Below, one piece after another: positions 37,671-46,898 of a DNA stretch of 64,000 nt. Origin of the DNA: an uncultured Anaerolineales bacterium. GTDB taxonomy: Bacteria > Planctomycetota > Phycisphaerae > FEN-1346. The translations under genes were made by a program, and so were the position numbers. The DNA lies in the NCBI GenBank assembly GCA_964461715.1, contig CAYWVR010000001.1, forward strand, positions 14,400 to 78,399, written 5' to 3'. Positions within the stretch are counted from its first letter, which is position 1, and every line of letters starts with the position of its first letter. The notes beneath the pieces are model-generated. The model saw only the letters and a program-made list of their open reading frames with translations. It was not told the origin of the DNA and ran no database searches.

Positions 37671-38216
37671 ATGGACGCATCGGAAGCGGCGATCCTCCAG
37701 CGATGTCGGCGCGGCGACAAGGAGGCGTTCGGCGAAATCGTCAAACGCTATGCCGGACCCGCCACCGGCGCCGCCACTCTCCTCCTCGGCTCACGCGACG
37801 ACGCGCTCGATGCCTCCCAGGAGGCCTTCGTGCGGGCTTGGCGGCACATTCGGCGGTTCGACCCGGCCCGGCCCTTCTATCCCTGGTACGCCACGATCCT
37901 CCGAAACATCTGCATCAGCCGCCTCCGCCGCCGCACGCGACGCAAGACCGTCGAGCTGCCCGACGGCCATCCCGACGGCCGCCGCGACGCGAGCCCGGAG
38001 GCCCTGGTCGAGCGGTCCGAGCGGAAGGACCGCCTCTGGCACGCCGTCGGCGCGCTGCCGCTCCATCATCGCGAGATCCTCGTGCTCTACCACTTCCAGG
38101 ACCTTGCGTATCGCGAGATCGCCGACGCCTTGGGGGTCCCGATCGGAACCGTCATGTCGCGCCTGCATAACGCCCGGCGGGCGCTTCGGGAGAAACTGGC
38201 AGGTGAGCTTCCATGA
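37671..38216 (+). CDS. ECF-subfamily RNA polymerase sigma-70 factor
   Basis: Region 2 (FVRAWRHIRRFD...FYPWYATILRN) and region 4 HTH (YREIADALGVPIGTVMSRL). Confidence 0.85.
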   Translation: MDASEAAILQRCRRGDKEAFGEIVKRYAGPATGAATLLLGSRDDALDASQEAFVRAWRHIRRFDPARPFYPWYATILRNICISRLRRRTRRKTVELPDGHPDGRRDASPEALVERSERKDRLWHAVGALPLHHREILVLYHFQDLAYREIADALGVPIGTVMSRLHNARRALREKLAGELP

Positions 38217-38662
38217 GCTGTGACGCGTTCGAGCCGCTTCTGACCGGCTACGTCGACGGCGAACTGAGCGACGAGGATCGCCGCCGCGTCGAGGATCACG
38301 TCGCGTCGTGTCCCCGGTGCCGCGAGGCGCTGGCGGAGCTGCGCGGCCTGAAGGAGGAGCTGGCGATGATGACGTTCAAGGAACCGTCGGACGTCGAGCT
38401 CGAGCGGTACTGGGCCTCCGTCTACAACCGGCTCGAGCGGGGCCTGGCCTGGGTGCTGCTGTCGGTGGGCGCGGGGGTCCTGCTCTCGTACGCGGCCTTC
38501 TGCCTGATCGAGGACTTCATCAAGAACCCGACGGTGTCGCTGGTCCTGAAGATCGGCGTCGTCGCGCTCGTGGTCGGCGGGGTGGTTCTTTTCATCTCGC
38601 TGCTGAGGGAGCGCCTCACGGTCGGCCGGTCCGACCGCTACTCGAAGGAGGTCGACCGATGA
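38213..38662 (+). CDS. Zinc-finger anti-sigma factor with two TM helices
   Basis: HVASCPRCREAL ZAS-type motif. ATGA overlap with the sigma gene. Confidence 0.65.
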   Translation: MSCDAFEPLLTGYVDGELSDEDRRRVEDHVASCPRCREALAELRGLKEELAMMTFKEPSDVELERYWASVYNRLERGLAWVLLSVGAGVLLSYAAFCLIEDFIKNPTVSLVLKIGVVALVVGGVVLFISLLRERLTVGRSDRYSKEVDR

Positions 38663-38973
38663 TCCTCACTACCACCGAACACATTCCCGGCCGGCGCATC
38701 CAAGACGTGCTGGGGATTGTGCGCGGCAACACGATCCGCGCGCGGCACATCGGCCGGGACATCCAGGCCGTGTTCCGCAACGTGATCGGCGGCGAGGTGA
38801 CCGAGTACACGAAGCTCATGGGCGAATCGCGCGAGCAGGCCCTCGACCGCATGATCGCGAACGCTCGCGAGCTCGACGCCGACGCCATCGTCTGCGTCCG
38901 ATTCTGCACCAGCCAGCTCATGGGGGGAGCCGCGGAGCTCCTCGCCTACGGAACGGCCGTCAAGATCGAATGA
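38659..38973 (+). CDS. YbjQ/DUF74 (UPF0145) family protein
   Basis: MILTTTEHIPGRRIQDVLGIVRGNTIRARHIGRDI..., full-length match to the YbjQ fold family. ATGA overlap with the anti-sigma gene. Confidence 0.75.
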   Translation: MILTTTEHIPGRRIQDVLGIVRGNTIRARHIGRDIQAVFRNVIGGEVTEYTKLMGESREQALDRMIANARELDADAIVCVRFCTSQLMGGAAELLAYGTAVKIE

Positions 38974-39020
38974 CGCGAAGGGGCGGCACTCGAACCGAAT
39001 CGATCGTCAGGAGTCAACCC

Positions 39021-40919
39021 ATGCATCTCATTCGCATAGCCGTCGTCGTCCCGACCGCGCTCGCCTGCCTGGCGGGACTGCTCGCGGCCGCCGAAGACGT
39101 CTCGCTCGAATCGATCCTCGCCCGGGTCCCGGCCGAGGCCGCCCTGGTGATCGCGGTGAAGAGCCCGGAGGTCGCCATGAGGGATGCGGCGGCCCTGGTG
39201 GGGCCCGCCCTCGAAACCGACAAGGTCCGGGAGGCGATCGGCGAAATCTTCCGCCACGGGACCCTCGCCGTCATCGGTGACCCGGCGGGGCCGGTCGTCT
39301 TGGCCGTCGTCATGGACGAGGAGGGCCGGCCCGTGGTCCTGGAGGCGCGTCGTCTGGCCACGGGGTCGGCCTTGCCGGGCGAGGTTCTGGAGGGCGGCGT
39401 GATGAAGACCTTCCCGCCGCATATCCAGATGCCCGGTCCGGAGGGCGGTCCGCCGCGGGTCCCCCCGCCGGAGTACCTGCGCGAGATCGGGCCGTGGGTC
39501 GTCCGGTCCGCGAGCGAAGCCCTCGTCCGAAGCGTCGGCACCGGGGCGACGTTCGCCGGCGCCGCGGCGCTCGCCCGGCGGATGGAGACACAACTCGTCG
39601 CGGGGACGATGGACGTGCCCCGCTTCAAGCCCCTCATCCAGGCCATGCGGCAGCAGATGGAGGCCCAGAGGCAAGGGGCGGGCCCCGGCGGCGCGCCTTC
39701 GGGGCTCGGAAAGCTCTTCGACGGGTACGGGGCCCTGGTGGACCAGATCGAGACGGTCGACTTCCGTCTGCGGATGGGCGCCGCCGGCGCCGAGGCGGCC
39801 TTCGACGTTCGGCTCCGCGAGGGCGAAGCCATGCTCGAGGCCGCCCGGGCCCTCCACCCCGTCGACCCGAAGGCCGGCCCGGCCTTGCCCGCCGGCGACG
39901 GGCTTTCCATGGCCGCCTGGGCCCGGCTCGATTGGCCGAAGGCGATACCCGCCATGCAGGCCCTCTACCAGCCCCTCATCGACATCGTCGCCGAGGGGCT
40001 CGAGCCGGAGCCGCGCAAGCAGCTCGAAGCGTTCTGGGAGGACGTCGGGAAATGGAAGGACGTCCTCGGACCGGGTCTGGCCTTCAGCCTCGAGCCCGCC
40101 TCCCCCGGTCACGGCATGTTCGCTTTTGTCGAGACGTTCGACGTTGCCGACGCCGGCGCCTACGAGAAGCTCATGGGCGAATGGATGACCGCCGGCGAGG
40201 ACCTGATGAAGGCCTACCTGCAGCAGTTCGGCATGCTGCCCGGCGGCGTCCAGATGGATACGACCATGGCGTTCAGGAAGAAGGCCGAGACGATCGAGGG
40301 CGTTGCCGTGGACCACATGACTTTGCAGTGGGAAATCCGGGCCCCCGAGGGGGCTTCGCCCGAGATGGTCGCCGGGATGCGCCAGGCCCTCGAGGCCATG
40401 TACGGGCCCGGCGGCCTCGTCATCCGCATGGCCCTTGTGGAGAAGGTCGGCGTCGTGACGCTGGGCGGCCCCCGGATCATGGCCCGGGCCGTCCGGACGG
40501 CGCGCGGCGGGGCTCCGGCCCTGCACACGGTGGAGCCGGTGGCGTCGGCGCTCGCGAAGATGCCCCCCGGGGCCATCGGGGCCGCGATCCTCAACGCGCC
40601 GAGCCTCATCCGCCAGGGGCTCACGATGACCGACCGGATGATGCTCGACTCCCTGCCGAGCGAGGTCCAAGAGCGGGCCGCCACCGAGGCCCCGTGGCTG
40701 CCGGTCGTCTCGGGCGAGACGCCGCCGGCGCGCATGGCGGTGGCCCTGGAGGATCGGACGCTGGGGATCGGCGTCGCCGTCCCCGCCGAGCAGGTCCGGG
40801 CCACGGTCCGCCTCTTCGCCGCCGTCGGCGCCCGCATGGAGTGGTTCATGCACGAGCACCGCAAGCTCCAGATGCGGCAGATGGAGCCGGCCTCCGGCGA
40901 AACGCCGCCGAGCGAGTAG
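39021..40919 (+). CDS. Large secreted hypothetical protein (633 aa)
   Basis: AGGAG RBS. Signal peptide. Ala/Glu/Met-rich. No recognised domain. Confidence 0.5.
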   Translation: MHLIRIAVVVPTALACLAGLLAAAEDVSLESILARVPAEAALVIAVKSPEVAMRDAAALVGPALETDKVREAIGEIFRHGTLAVIGDPAGPVVLAVVMDEEGRPVVLEARRLATGSALPGEVLEGGVMKTFPPHIQMPGPEGGPPRVPPPEYLREIGPWVVRSASEALVRSVGTGATFAGAAALARRMETQLVAGTMDVPRFKPLIQAMRQQMEAQRQGAGPGGAPSGLGKLFDGYGALVDQIETVDFRLRMGAAGAEAAFDVRLREGEAMLEAARALHPVDPKAGPALPAGDGLSMAAWARLDWPKAIPAMQALYQPLIDIVAEGLEPEPRKQLEAFWEDVGKWKDVLGPGLAFSLEPASPGHGMFAFVETFDVADAGAYEKLMGEWMTAGEDLMKAYLQQFGMLPGGVQMDTTMAFRKKAETIEGVAVDHMTLQWEIRAPEGASPEMVAGMRQALEAMYGPGGLVIRMALVEKVGVVTLGGPRIMARAVRTARGGAPALHTVEPVASALAKMPPGAIGAAILNAPSLIRQGLTMTDRMMLDSLPSEVQERAATEAPWLPVVSGETPPARMAVALEDRTLGIGVAVPAEQVRATVRLFAAVGARMEWFMHEHRKLQMRQMEPASGETPPSE

Positions 40920-40994
40920 GCCGCCCAGAGGCCCTGGTGGCACGGGCAGCCTGTCTGGCCGTGCGTCTCCCGCTTGCGCACGAGCCGCGGCCGC

Positions 40995-41864
40995 TCACGA
41001 GCCTCGCCGCGCCAAGGGGTTGACGTGCGCCCATACCTCGTCCTCCTCGATGGACGCCATCTCCCCGTCGGCCGCGCGAACCACCCGCACGTGTTCGCCG
41101 CGCGGGGCCCAGACCCGTGGGTCGGTCGGTCCGAAGAGGGCCACCGTCGGTGTCGGGCGTCCGTCCGGCCGCCGCACCGCAGCCGCGAGGTGCGTGATGC
41201 CCGAATCGTTGCCGACGTAGAGCCTCGCGCCGGCGAGCGCTGCCGCCACCTCCGCCAGCACCCTCGGCCCGAGCACCTGCCCGCGGCGCGGTTCAGTGCC
41301 GCGCTCCCGCTCCGCCGGGCCGAGAAGCCACCGTACCTCCAGATGCGCCTCGTCCTCGATTTGCCGCGCGAGCGCCTCGAACCGCGGGAGGGGCCAGTTC
41401 TTGCGCACGGAACCGCTCCCCGGATGGAGGACCGCGCGGGGGGCGAGCGATGCGCCGGGGACGGGAATCTCGGGGACCGGAGGAGCGGCGGGCGTGTCGA
41501 GCGCGGTGGCCACCTCGCCGAGGAGCCACGCCGCCGCACCCCGCGTCCAGTCGGCCGGGGGCAGGGGGGCGATCGTCGCGACCTTCCCGCCGAGCGCCGC
41601 CTCCAGACGGCCGCGCGTCAGGAAGTCGATGATGCGGTCGGCGGCCGCGAGCGCGGGCGCGGTCTCGGGCCGCTCGAGGCCCGCCGTCTCGATGCTCCGG
41701 CACCGGTCGGCTGCGCCCGCCATGACCGCGAGCGCGCCGCGCTCCGGATGCCCGAGGAGCGTCACCCGCGCCCCCGGACGGGCCGCCCGCGCCGCGCGCA
41801 TCGCCGGGATTGCCTGCACGAGGTCGCCGATGCCGCCGGTGTGGATGATGACGAGCTGAGGCAT
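40995..41864 (-). CDS. Glycosyltransferase family 9 (heptosyltransferase-like)
   Basis: C-terminal GNDSGITHLAAA motif of GT9. Confidence 0.7.
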   Translation of the reverse strand: MPQLVIIHTGGIGDLVQAIPAMRAARAARPGARVTLLGHPERGALAVMAGAADRCRSIETAGLERPETAPALAAADRIIDFLTRGRLEAALGGKVATIAPLPPADWTRGAAAWLLGEVATALDTPAAPPVPEIPVPGASLAPRAVLHPGSGSVRKNWPLPRFEALARQIEDEAHLEVRWLLGPAERERGTEPRRGQVLGPRVLAEVAAALAGARLYVGNDSGITHLAAAVRRPDGRPTPTVALFGPTDPRVWAPRGEHVRVVRAADGEMASIEEDEVWAHVNPLARRGS

Positions 41865-41866
41865 CC

Positions 41867-42946
41867 TCAATCCCTGAGCGCCCTTGCGATCCATCCCCCG
41901 CCGAGGACCCGGTCGCCCTCGTAGAACACCGCGGCCTGGCCCGGCGTGACGGCGTGCTGCGCCACGTCGAAACGGACCTCGGCCCCGTCCGGCCCGACCG
42001 CGAGGACCGTCGCGGGGGCCGCCGTGTGGCGGTATCGCACCTGCACCTCGGCCCGCACGCCCTCGGTCGGGGCCGGGGCGTGCCAGACGACCTCCTCGGC
42101 CGCGAGGCCCGCAGCGCGGCAGGCCTCGGCGGGTCCGATGACGACGGCCGCGGTCTCGGGCCGGATTTCGACGACGTATCGCGGCGCGCCGACGGCGACG
42201 CCGAGTCCCCGCCGCTGCCCGATCGTGAAGTGGACGATCCCTTCGTGCCGCCCGAGCTCGCGCCCCTCCAGGTCGAGGATCGGCCCGGGCCGCACGAGGT
42301 CCGGCCGCCTCGCGCGCACCAGCTCGCCGACCGTCCCCTCGACAAAGCAGATGTCCTGGCTCTCGGCCTTCTCGTGGACGGGGAGCCCGAGCTGCGCCGC
42401 GACCTCGCGGACCTCGGCCTTCGTCATCTCCCCGAGCGGCAGCCGCACGCGCTCCAGCGCCGCCGGCGCGAGGGGAAAGAGGACGTACGACTGGTCCTTC
42501 GCCCGGTCCGCCCCGCGCGCCAGGCGCGCCCGCCCCTCCTCGTCGCGGACGATCCGGGCGTAGTGACCTGTCGCGACGTGCGACGCGCCGAGGAGATCGG
42601 CGTACTCGAAGAGGCGGCCGAACTTGAGGTCGCGGTTGCAGAGGACGCACGGGTTCGGCGTCCGCCCGGCGCCGTACTCGGCCGAGAAGCGGTCGATGAG
42701 GCGCTCGAAATCCGCCGCGAAGTTGAGCGCGTAGAACGGGACCCCCAGCCGCCGCGCGACCTGCCGCGCATCGAGTGCGTCCTCCGCCGAGCAGCACCGC
42801 GGGGCGCCCGATTCGTCCTCGCGCACGTGGACGCCCGAGCGCATGAAGACGCCGAGCGGCGCATCGCCCGACTCCTGGACGAGGTGCGCGGCGACCGACG
42901 AATCCACGCCGCCCGACATCGCCACCAGGACCTTCGCGCCGCTCAT
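41867..42946 (-). CDS. mnmA: tRNA-specific 2-thiouridylase MnmA
   Basis: VLVAMSGGVDSSVAA PP-loop and CNRDLKFGRLFEYA motif. Confidence 0.9.
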   Translation of the reverse strand: MSGAKVLVAMSGGVDSSVAAHLVQESGDAPLGVFMRSGVHVREDESGAPRCCSAEDALDARQVARRLGVPFYALNFAADFERLIDRFSAEYGAGRTPNPCVLCNRDLKFGRLFEYADLLGASHVATGHYARIVRDEEGRARLARGADRAKDQSYVLFPLAPAALERVRLPLGEMTKAEVREVAAQLGLPVHEKAESQDICFVEGTVGELVRARRPDLVRPGPILDLEGRELGRHEGIVHFTIGQRRGLGVAVGAPRYVVEIRPETAAVVIGPAEACRAAGLAAEEVVWHAPAPTEGVRAEVQVRYRHTAAPATVLAVGPDGAEVRFDVAQHAVTPGQAAVFYEGDRVLGGGWIARALRD

Positions 42947-43929
42947 GGCCGTATTGTAGCGGTCTTGCCCGGCGAGGGCCAATCGCCGGTCGCCTCCTCA
43001 GGGCCGAAGCGCTTCAGCTCCTCGGCCCGGAACGTCCAGGTCGGCGTGCGGAGCGCGGCCCCGAAGTCCGCCCGGTACCACGGGTCGCCGGCCCCTCGCG
43101 CCGGGTTCGCGAGGACGTGCAGGTCCTGGGCGGGCATGAAGCTCTGGGCCAACAGCATCGCCCGCTGCCCGGCATCGTCCGCGGCCACGTCCACGACGAT
43201 GGCGGCATGGCCTGGGTGGCCGCCGCGGATGAAGACGTCGCCGATCCGGACCGTCGCGGGGTCCGCGCCGCCTGAGAGCTCACGACTGAGCGACGTCGTC
43301 CCGGCGTACTGAAAGACGACATCCAAATACAGGCGGAAGTTGTCATAGGAGCGGTCGGGGGGCGCGCCGCGGGCCCACTGAACGCGATCGTTCCGGACGA
43401 TCGGGCGCCGGCCGGCGGCCCAGCCGGTCCAGTCACACCGGTCGCCGCTCGTGAAGTTGAAGGCGATGGCGTCCTCCAGCCCCCGGGCGAAGAGGTACTC
43501 GGCCCGCAGGCGGATCACCGCGTCGGCGCACTGCTGAAGGTCGCGCGGGCCGACGTCGAGGTCGACGACCGCCACGTGGACCGGAGGGCCGCCGGTCGCG
43601 CGGCCGTTGTAGAGTCGCACCGGCGGGCGACCGGGCTTGAGCGGCAGGTGCCGCAGCCAGTCGCCGAACGTGCCGGGCGCAGCCGGCACGCGCGCCATCC
43701 CCGGCGGCGCGGGGATACGGGCGACCAGGCTCTGGGCCGGGTCGTAGTGCTCGATCCACGGGTACGGCACGGCCGGCGGATCGGACGGGACGAAGCCCGG
43801 GGGCGCTTCCGCCGCGGGCGCAGACTCGGCGGCGGGCACCGGTTCGGCCGATGGCGTGGAAACCGGGTCGCAGCCCCCGAGACCGGCCGTCGCCGCGAGA
43901 TACACCAAGGCCCACACGACCGGCCGCAT
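42943..43929 (-). CDS. Lipoprotein of unknown function (possibly DUF4846-like)
   Basis: Lipobox LGGC at internal Met (MRPVVWALVYLAATAGLGGC). The ORF's N-terminal extension belongs to a decayed upstream gene. Confidence 0.5.
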   Translation of the reverse strand: MRPVVWALVYLAATAGLGGCDPVSTPSAEPVPAAESAPAAEAPPGFVPSDPPAVPYPWIEHYDPAQSLVARIPAPPGMARVPAAPGTFGDWLRHLPLKPGRPPVRLYNGRATGGPPVHVAVVDLDVGPRDLQQCADAVIRLRAEYLFARGLEDAIAFNFTSGDRCDWTGWAAGRRPIVRNDRVQWARGAPPDRSYDNFRLYLDVVFQYAGTTSLSRELSGGADPATVRIGDVFIRGGHPGHAAIVVDVAADDAGQRAMLLAQSFMPAQDLHVLANPARGAGDPWYRADFGAALRTPTWTFRAEELKRFGPEEATGDWPSPGKTATIRP

Positions 43930-43930
43930 G

Positions 43931-44343
43931 TCAGGTCCCCTCGGGACAAAGCGGCCTCTCCGTCGTCTCGACCAGCACGACGGCCCAGGGCGCGAGCGTG
44001 AGGTCGAGGCGGAACGTCTCCGGGGTGTCCGTTTCGAGGACGGCCCGCGCGGCCTTGGGCGTCGCGTGACGGCGTAGCCCTCGCCCTCGGCGAGGAGCGT
44101 CTCCCCCAGCCGCGCGAGCATCGCGAAGGCCCAATACGTCGGCTTCGGGAGGCCCTGGAAATCGGCCCTGAGATTAAGGGTCGCGTGCCCCGCCCGCACG
44201 CACTCGGACCAGATCGGCGCGAGCCTCCGCCCCTCGTCCGCAAGATTCGCCCTGACCGTCCTCATGCCGCCCGCTCCGCTCGTCCCCCGCCGGCCGCCGT
44301 CTCTACCGGACGCGGGCGGCCAGTTCAACCGAAAAGCAGGCAC
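43931..44343 (-). pseudogene. Frameshifted 3' remnant of a glycoside hydrolase gene (GH39/GH5-like C-terminus)
   Basis: Frame A gives ...GLPKPTYWAFAMLARLGETLLAEGEGYAVTRR. Frame B gives ...ETFRLDLTLAPWAVVLVETT. These are typical GH C-terminal beta-sandwich motifs. No catalytic domain upstream. Confidence 0.45.
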
Positions 44344-44423
44344 GATGGGTTCGGCTTGATTCGCGGCGCGCCCCTGCTAGAATGCCGCCCGCTTCCCTGC
44401 GACACGAAAGGACGAGACGACCG

Positions 44424-46892
44424 ATGGCCAAGCGCAAGACGACCCGGAGACCAAAACCCGCCAAACCCTTCCAATTCGGCAAGTACGGGCGGTTCTCCGA
44501 CGACGGGCGCGAATTCATCGTCACGCATCCGCTGACGCCGCGCCCCTGGATGAACGTCCTCTCGAACGGCCTGTGGTGCGCGCTGACGTCGCACATGGGC
44601 GGGGGGTACTCGTTCCTGGAGGACCCGCTCCTGAGACGCATCACCCGGTGGCACGTCGACGGCGTGCCGCGCGAGACGGTCGGCCGGTTCCTCTACCTGC
44701 GCGACGAGAAGACCGGCCGCTGGTGGTGCGCGAACGGGTACCCGCCGACGCGGCCGCTCGACGCATGGGAGTGCCGCCACGGGCTCGGGTACACGACGAT
44801 CCGCTCGGAGCACGAGGGGATCGGGGCCGAGATCACGTACTTCGTGCCCGAGAAGGACCCGTGCGAGGTGTGGCTGGTGACGCTGGAGAACCGGACCCGC
44901 CGGACGCGGCGCCTCTCGGCGTTCGAGTACGTCGAGTTCGGCCTCGGGAACTATAAAGAGGAGGTGACGTGGCGCGAGTTCTATAACATCTTCAACCGGA
45001 CGCGGATCGAGGCCGGGACCATCTACGCGACGAGCACCCAGTGGATCAAGCACTCGGCCGCCTGGCAGAGCGTCGGGGCCGAGGGCAACAACATCACGCT
45101 CGACGTCCAGGCCTTCCTCGCTTCCAGCAAGAGGCCCGCCGGCGCCGAGACCGACCGGTACCGCTTCGTGGGCCTGTACCACGACCTCAAGGACCCGGCC
45201 GCCGTGGCCGACCGGGGCGACCTCGCGGGCGCGCCGCGCGTCGAGGGGCGCGACGCCTGCGGGGCCCTCCAGCAGAAGGTGACCTTGAAGCCGGGGGCCA
45301 AGACCACCTTCGTCGTCCTCCTCGGCACGATCCCCTGCGACGCCCCGAATGCCGACAAGCTGAAGAAGAAATATCTGGTCGTGGCGAAGGCCCGGAAGGC
45401 CTTGCAGGCGCGGGTGGCGTACTGGGACCGGATGCTCGAGAGCCCGACCGTCGAGACGCCCGACGGGGACCTCAACCGCTGGTGCAACATCTGGCTGCGG
45501 TACCAGGCCGGGAACCTGGCGTGGTGGTCGCGGAACGTGGGTTATTGTTACATGGGGATTTACGGATACGGGACGCGGGACGAGTGCCAGGACCTGATCG
45601 CCCACCTGCCCGGCGACCCGGCCCACGTACGCCGGTGGATTCTCGAGCGCCTCGCCGTCTGGATGTACGAGGACGGGCGCGTCGTCCATTCCTCCAGCCA
45701 GACGACCCGGTCCGGCACGTTCACGAACCACGCGGACGACCCGGTGAACCTGATGTTCATCGTGTCGAAATACATTCGCGAGACGGCCGATTGGGCGGTC
45801 CTCGACGAGTCCGTCTCGTACTACGAGTCGGGCGGCAAGACCGGTTCCCTCTATGAGCACTGCATGCGGGGGTGGCGGCGGTTTTTCCGCCGGTTCTCGA
45901 AACGCGGCCTGCCGCTCATGCTCCAAGCCGACTGGAACGACGCCTTCGACCAGGCCGGGCACAAGGGGCGCGGCGAATCGATCATGCTGGCGGGGTGGGC
46001 GTCGTATATTCTGGACATGTTCATCCCCATCGCGCGGCGGTACGGGAAGAGAAAAGACGCGGCGCAGCTGAAGCGCAAGCAGACCGTCATGAAAAAGGCG
46101 GTCAACCGATACGGCTGGGACCGGAAGGGCGAGTACTACATCCGCGCGACCCACGACGACGGCACGCGGCTCGGGGCGTCCACCGAGGCCGAGGGCAAGA
46201 TCTGGGCCAACGCCCAGAGCTGGTCCATCCTCGGCGGCATCGCGGACGAGGCGCGCACACAGAAGTGCCTCGCGGCCATGGATAAGAATCTGACGGTCTC
46301 AAAGGGGAGCCTGACGTTCTGGCCGGCGTTCACCGAGCCCGACAAGCACTACGGCGTCATCAGCCGTTTCGCCCCGGGCGTCAAGGAGAACGGGGCGGTG
46401 TTCAGCCATAACCTGATGTGGCGGCTCATGGCCGAGACGCGCTGCGGGCGCGGCGACGTGGCATGGTCGATCCTCTCGTCGAACCTGCCCACGCGGCTCG
46501 CGGCCGAGGACCCGGACCTCTACAAGGTCGAGCCCTACGTCCAGCGGCAATACACCTACGCGCCGATGAGCCAATGTTATGGCGAAGGCTCACATTCCTG
46601 GGCCACCGGGGCCGCCATGTGGAACTGGCACGTCGTGCTGGAGGGCATCCTGGGGGTCGTCCCGGAGCTCGACGGTCTGCGCCTGGACCCGTGCCTGCCT
46701 TCGACGTGGAAGAAGGCCCGCCTCGTGCGGCGCTGGCGCGGCAGCGAATTCGACATCCGGGTCCGCAACCCCCACGGCGTCCAGAAGGGCGTCGTCGAGG
46801 TCCGCATCGACGGCGAGAGCCAGGGGGCCGATAACCTCCTGAAGCCTCCCGCGAAGAAGGGGCGGCACACGGTCGAGGTGGTGATGGGGTAG
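44424..46892 (+). CDS. Glycoside hydrolase family 94 disaccharide phosphorylase (cellobiose/chitobiose phosphorylase-like)
   Basis: FQFGKYGRFSDDGREFIVTHPLTPRPW...GGGYSFLEDPLLRRITRW N-terminal signature. Size ~820 aa. Confidence 0.8.
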   Translation: MAKRKTTRRPKPAKPFQFGKYGRFSDDGREFIVTHPLTPRPWMNVLSNGLWCALTSHMGGGYSFLEDPLLRRITRWHVDGVPRETVGRFLYLRDEKTGRWWCANGYPPTRPLDAWECRHGLGYTTIRSEHEGIGAEITYFVPEKDPCEVWLVTLENRTRRTRRLSAFEYVEFGLGNYKEEVTWREFYNIFNRTRIEAGTIYATSTQWIKHSAAWQSVGAEGNNITLDVQAFLASSKRPAGAETDRYRFVGLYHDLKDPAAVADRGDLAGAPRVEGRDACGALQQKVTLKPGAKTTFVVLLGTIPCDAPNADKLKKKYLVVAKARKALQARVAYWDRMLESPTVETPDGDLNRWCNIWLRYQAGNLAWWSRNVGYCYMGIYGYGTRDECQDLIAHLPGDPAHVRRWILERLAVWMYEDGRVVHSSSQTTRSGTFTNHADDPVNLMFIVSKYIRETADWAVLDESVSYYESGGKTGSLYEHCMRGWRRFFRRFSKRGLPLMLQADWNDAFDQAGHKGRGESIMLAGWASYILDMFIPIARRYGKRKDAAQLKRKQTVMKKAVNRYGWDRKGEYYIRATHDDGTRLGASTEAEGKIWANAQSWSILGGIADEARTQKCLAAMDKNLTVSKGSLTFWPAFTEPDKHYGVISRFAPGVKENGAVFSHNLMWRLMAETRCGRGDVAWSILSSNLPTRLAAEDPDLYKVEPYVQRQYTYAPMSQCYGEGSHSWATGAAMWNWHVVLEGILGVVPELDGLRLDPCLPSTWKKARLVRRWRGSEFDIRVRNPHGVQKGVVEVRIDGESQGADNLLKPPAKKGRHTVEVVMG

Positions 46893-46898
46893 CGCGGC

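Noticed and set aside
40920-40994. Possible bidirectional terminator between convergent genes (secreted protein / GT9)
   Set aside because: Only imperfect inverted repeats (CACGGGCAG / CTGGCCGTG) and no U-tract. Too weak to call.
42943-44343. Treating the entire 466-aa ORF as one DUF4846-like protein
   Set aside because: A lipoprotein signal with lipobox sits at the internal Met (43929). The 138 residues upstream resemble a glycoside-hydrolase C-terminus and continue in another frame, so they were called a pseudogene remnant instead.
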